64,000 bases of DNA from Escherichia coli (GTDB taxonomy: Bacteria; Pseudomonadota; Gammaproteobacteria; Enterobacterales; Enterobacteriaceae). The notes beneath the pieces are model-generated. The model searched no databases. It saw nothing but the letters and a program-made list of their open reading frames with translations, and was not told the DNA's origin. Positions 61,240 through 64,000 of the stretch are shown in pieces. Every line of letters starts with the position of its first letter. Position 1 is the first letter of the stretch. The position numbers and the translations under genes were made by a program. The stretch lies in the NCBI RefSeq assembly GCF_029227855.1, contig NZ_CP074356.1, one strand, 5' to 3'.

Positions 61240-61390
61240 TCTTTCATCGGATTCTGAAAACGGGTGGCAATGGCTGCCCGTTTTTATTTTCTCCGCACAT
61301 TGTGTGAGCTTTTGCGATATTCTGAAAAAATGAGAATTCAGGCATAACGTCTTTCTCAGATCATAAAAAACATCGCAAACAGGGAACGCA

Positions 61391-63038
61391 TGGAAATCTC
61401 TTCACCATACTGATAATGACCCTCGTGGTCTCGCTGTCCGGGGTGGTCACTCGTGTCATGCCCTTTCAGATCCCGCTTCCGCTTATGCAAATCGCCATCG
61501 GTGCGCTACTGGCGTGGCCGACGTTTGGTTTGCATGTGGAGTTTGATCCTGAACTCTTTTTAGTCTTGTTTATCCCGCCGTTGCTGTTCGCTGATGGCTG
61601 GAAAACGCCGACCCGTGAATTTCTCGAACATGGTCGAGAGATTTTTGGCCTCGCGCTGGCGCTGGTGGTGGTCACCGTGGTCGGCATTGGCTTCCTTATT
61701 TACTGGGTGGTGCCGGGCATTCCGCTGATCCCCGCCTTTGCGCTGGCGGCGGTACTTTCTCCGACCGATGCTGTGGCGCTCTCCGGATTGTTGGCGAAGG
61801 GCGTATCCCGAAAAAAATCATGGGCATTTTGCAGGGCGAAGCGTTGATGAATGACGCTTCCGGCCTGGTGTCGTTGAAGTTTGCCGTAGCAGTGGCGATG
61901 GGGACGATGATCTTCACCGTCGGCGGTGCGACGGTCGAATTTATGAAAGTAGCCATTGGCGGTATTCTCGCCGGTTTTGTGGTTAGCTGGCTGTACGGTC
62001 GCTCGCTGCGATTCCTCAGCCGCTGGGGCGGTGATGAACCCGCGACGCAGATCGTCCTGCTGTTCCTGCTGCCATTCGCTTCTTATCTGATTGCCGAACA
62101 TATTGGCGTTTCCGGCATCCTCGCTGCGGTTGCCGCCGGGATGACCATCACCCGCTCCGGTGTGATGCGCCGTGCGCCGCTGGCAATGCGCCTGCGTGCA
62201 AACAGCACCTGGGCGATGCTGGAATTTGTCTTTAACGGCATGGTGTTCCTGCTGTTAGGTCTGCAGCTGCCGGGTATTCTGGAGACGTCGCTGATGGCAG
62301 CAGAAATCGACCCTAACGTCGAAATCTGGATGCTGTTTACCGATATTATTCTGATATATGCGGCGCTGATGCTGGTCCGTTTTCGGCTGGCTGTGGACGA
62401 TGAAAAAGTTCAGCAACCGCTTCCTGAAGAAGAAGCCGATGGAGTTTGGTTCGTGGACCACACGAGAAATCCTGATCGCGTCTTTCGCCGGGGTGCGTGG
62501 GGCGATCACTCTGGCCGGTGTGCTCTCTATCCCGCTGCTCTTGCCGGATGGTAACGTCTTCCCGGCGCGCTATGAGCTGGTGTTCCTGGCGGCTGGCGTC
62601 ATTCTCTTCTCGCTGTTTGTCGGCGTGGTGATGTTGCCTATTCTGCTACAACACATTGAAGTCGCGGACCATTCGCAACAATTGAAAGAGGAACGTATTG
62701 CGCGAGCGGCAACGGCAGAAGTGGCGATTGTGGCGATCCAGAAAATGGAGGAGCGTCTGGCGGCGGATACCGAAGAGAATATCGATAACCAGCTGCTTAC
62801 GGAGGTCAGTTCTCGCGTCATTGGTAACCTGCGTCGTCGCGCCGATGGACGTAACGACGTTGAAAGTTCCGTGCAGGAAGAGAACCTTGAGCGTCGCTTC
62901 CGTCTGGCGGCATTGCGTTCTGAACGTGCTGAACTTTACCACCTGCGCGCCACGCGGGAGATCAGCAACGAAACGCTGCAAAAATTACTGCACGATCTCG
63001 ATTTGCTTGAAGCGTTGCTAATTGAGGAAAATCAGTAA
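61391..63038 (+). pseudogene. yjcE: CPA1-family Na+/H+ exchanger (YjcE-like), split by at least three 1-nt indels
   Basis: Track ORFs 61416-61847, 61820-62554 and 62400-63038 in three frames together form one exchanger; presumed start ATG near 61391 is followed by an early stop. Confidence 0.75.
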
Positions 63039-63075
63039 GCCGAAAGCGACGTAACCAGGCCCGAGGTAATCTGAA

Positions 63076-63099
63076 AAAGGTGCAATCTTTTGCACCTTT
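63076..63099. terminator. Bidirectional hairpin between convergent yjcE-like and yjcF-like genes
   Basis: aaaggtgcaa-tctt-ttgcaccttt perfect stem flanked by A and T runs. Confidence 0.5.
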
Positions 63100-63226
63100 A
63101 ACAGGTTAGCTCGGGCTAACATTCATGATTCTAAAAAAAATAAGTTATCTCTCTTGTAAAGTCAATTCATTGGCTGTTCTTCGACTTAACCTCAATCTGC
63201 GTGTTGCATAATATCTGCAGTAATCT

Positions 63227-64000
63227 TCATAGCGACTGCATTAATATTATCCTCAGTTTTTGTGACATGCCAGTATGAGAGGTACAATCTTCTTCAAAGA
63301 ATTTCTGTAGTGTTACCAGGGTATCACTATCAATGGGGATATTTTCCTCCCCACGGAGAATGGAAATGCCCATTCCCTGGACGCTAGCCTCATCAAAATT
63401 AACCCGATAGAGACGGGTATTAAACATACAGGCTTTTGTTAAAATAGAACAGTTGAAATGGCAGTTGCTTAAATTGGCATTATTAAAATTAACATTAGCC
63501 ATATTAGAGCCGGTACATATAACCATTTCGAGGAATGTATTTGTCAGCCACGTACAAAAGAGTTTGCTATCAATTAAGTTTATATTCTGGAGGATTGCTT
63601 TGTTCAGATTGACGCGAGACAGATCAGCATGTTCAAAGTTAATTAAATCGAGTTTAGAGAAACTAAGGTCGGCTTTAAATAAATTAACATATGGCGCTAT
63701 TACTTTATAAAGATTTACCTCAGCCATGTACGCCATATAAAATTTGAATAGTCAAGGAAGGTGTTTTTAATATTGGCTCTATTCATTGCTGCATTGTAGA
63801 ATTGAACATGCATAGCGGAGCATGCATTTAGAGTTCCGTCGGCCATTTTTATCTGAGCGAAATTTGAGTCATCGAGAATACAATTATCAAAAAGTATTTT
63901 TTCCATTATGGCGTAATAAAAATTCGTTTTATACATATTACAGTCCTGGAAAATAGCGTTTTGTAGTCTGCAACCTGCAAAATTCGAATTGGATAAATCT
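63227..64000 (-). pseudogene. yjcF: Pentapeptide-repeat protein (YjcF-like) C-terminal part, frameshifted and cut by the window edge
   Basis: Track ORFs 63227-63736 and 63715-63936 on the minus strand in different frames, both with pentapeptide repeats (ADLSRVNLNKAIL, NVNFNNANLSNCHF). Confidence 0.6.

Overview
This window is a near-colinear block of Escherichia coli core chromosome, in reverse orientation relative to K-12 numbering. Gene order is yiaL(partial)-yiaK-yiaJ-ysaA-avtA-malS-bax-xylRHGF/xylAB-yiaB-yiaA-wecH-ysaB-glyQS-hokA-cspA-yiaG-yiaF-ghrB-yiaD-bisC-yiaC-tag-yhjY-yhjX-eptB-proK-dppABCDF-yhjV-Ldr/Rdl array-bcsGFE/bcsRQABZC-pdeK-dctA(partial). I found no gene set that looks like a novel defence, mobile or biosynthetic system; every ORF of real size is accounted for by a known core gene. 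The points worth a second look are structural. At about 59.89 kb the dctA frame ends after 50 codons and the sequence runs directly into a yjcD(ghxP)-yjcE-yjcF-like block, which carries several single-base frameshifts while the preceding ~55 genes are all intact. Other differences from what is established for K-12 are a three-copy tandem Ldr/Rdl type I toxin-antitoxin array, a hokA locus without an IS element, and an intact bcsQ. Identifications rest on recognising protein sequences and motifs in the supplied six-frame track and on reading the DNA; no database search was run. Track ORF starts sometimes use upstream in-frame TTG/GTG/ATG codons, so several CDS starts below are placed at the downstream start that has an RBS and gives the expected protein length.
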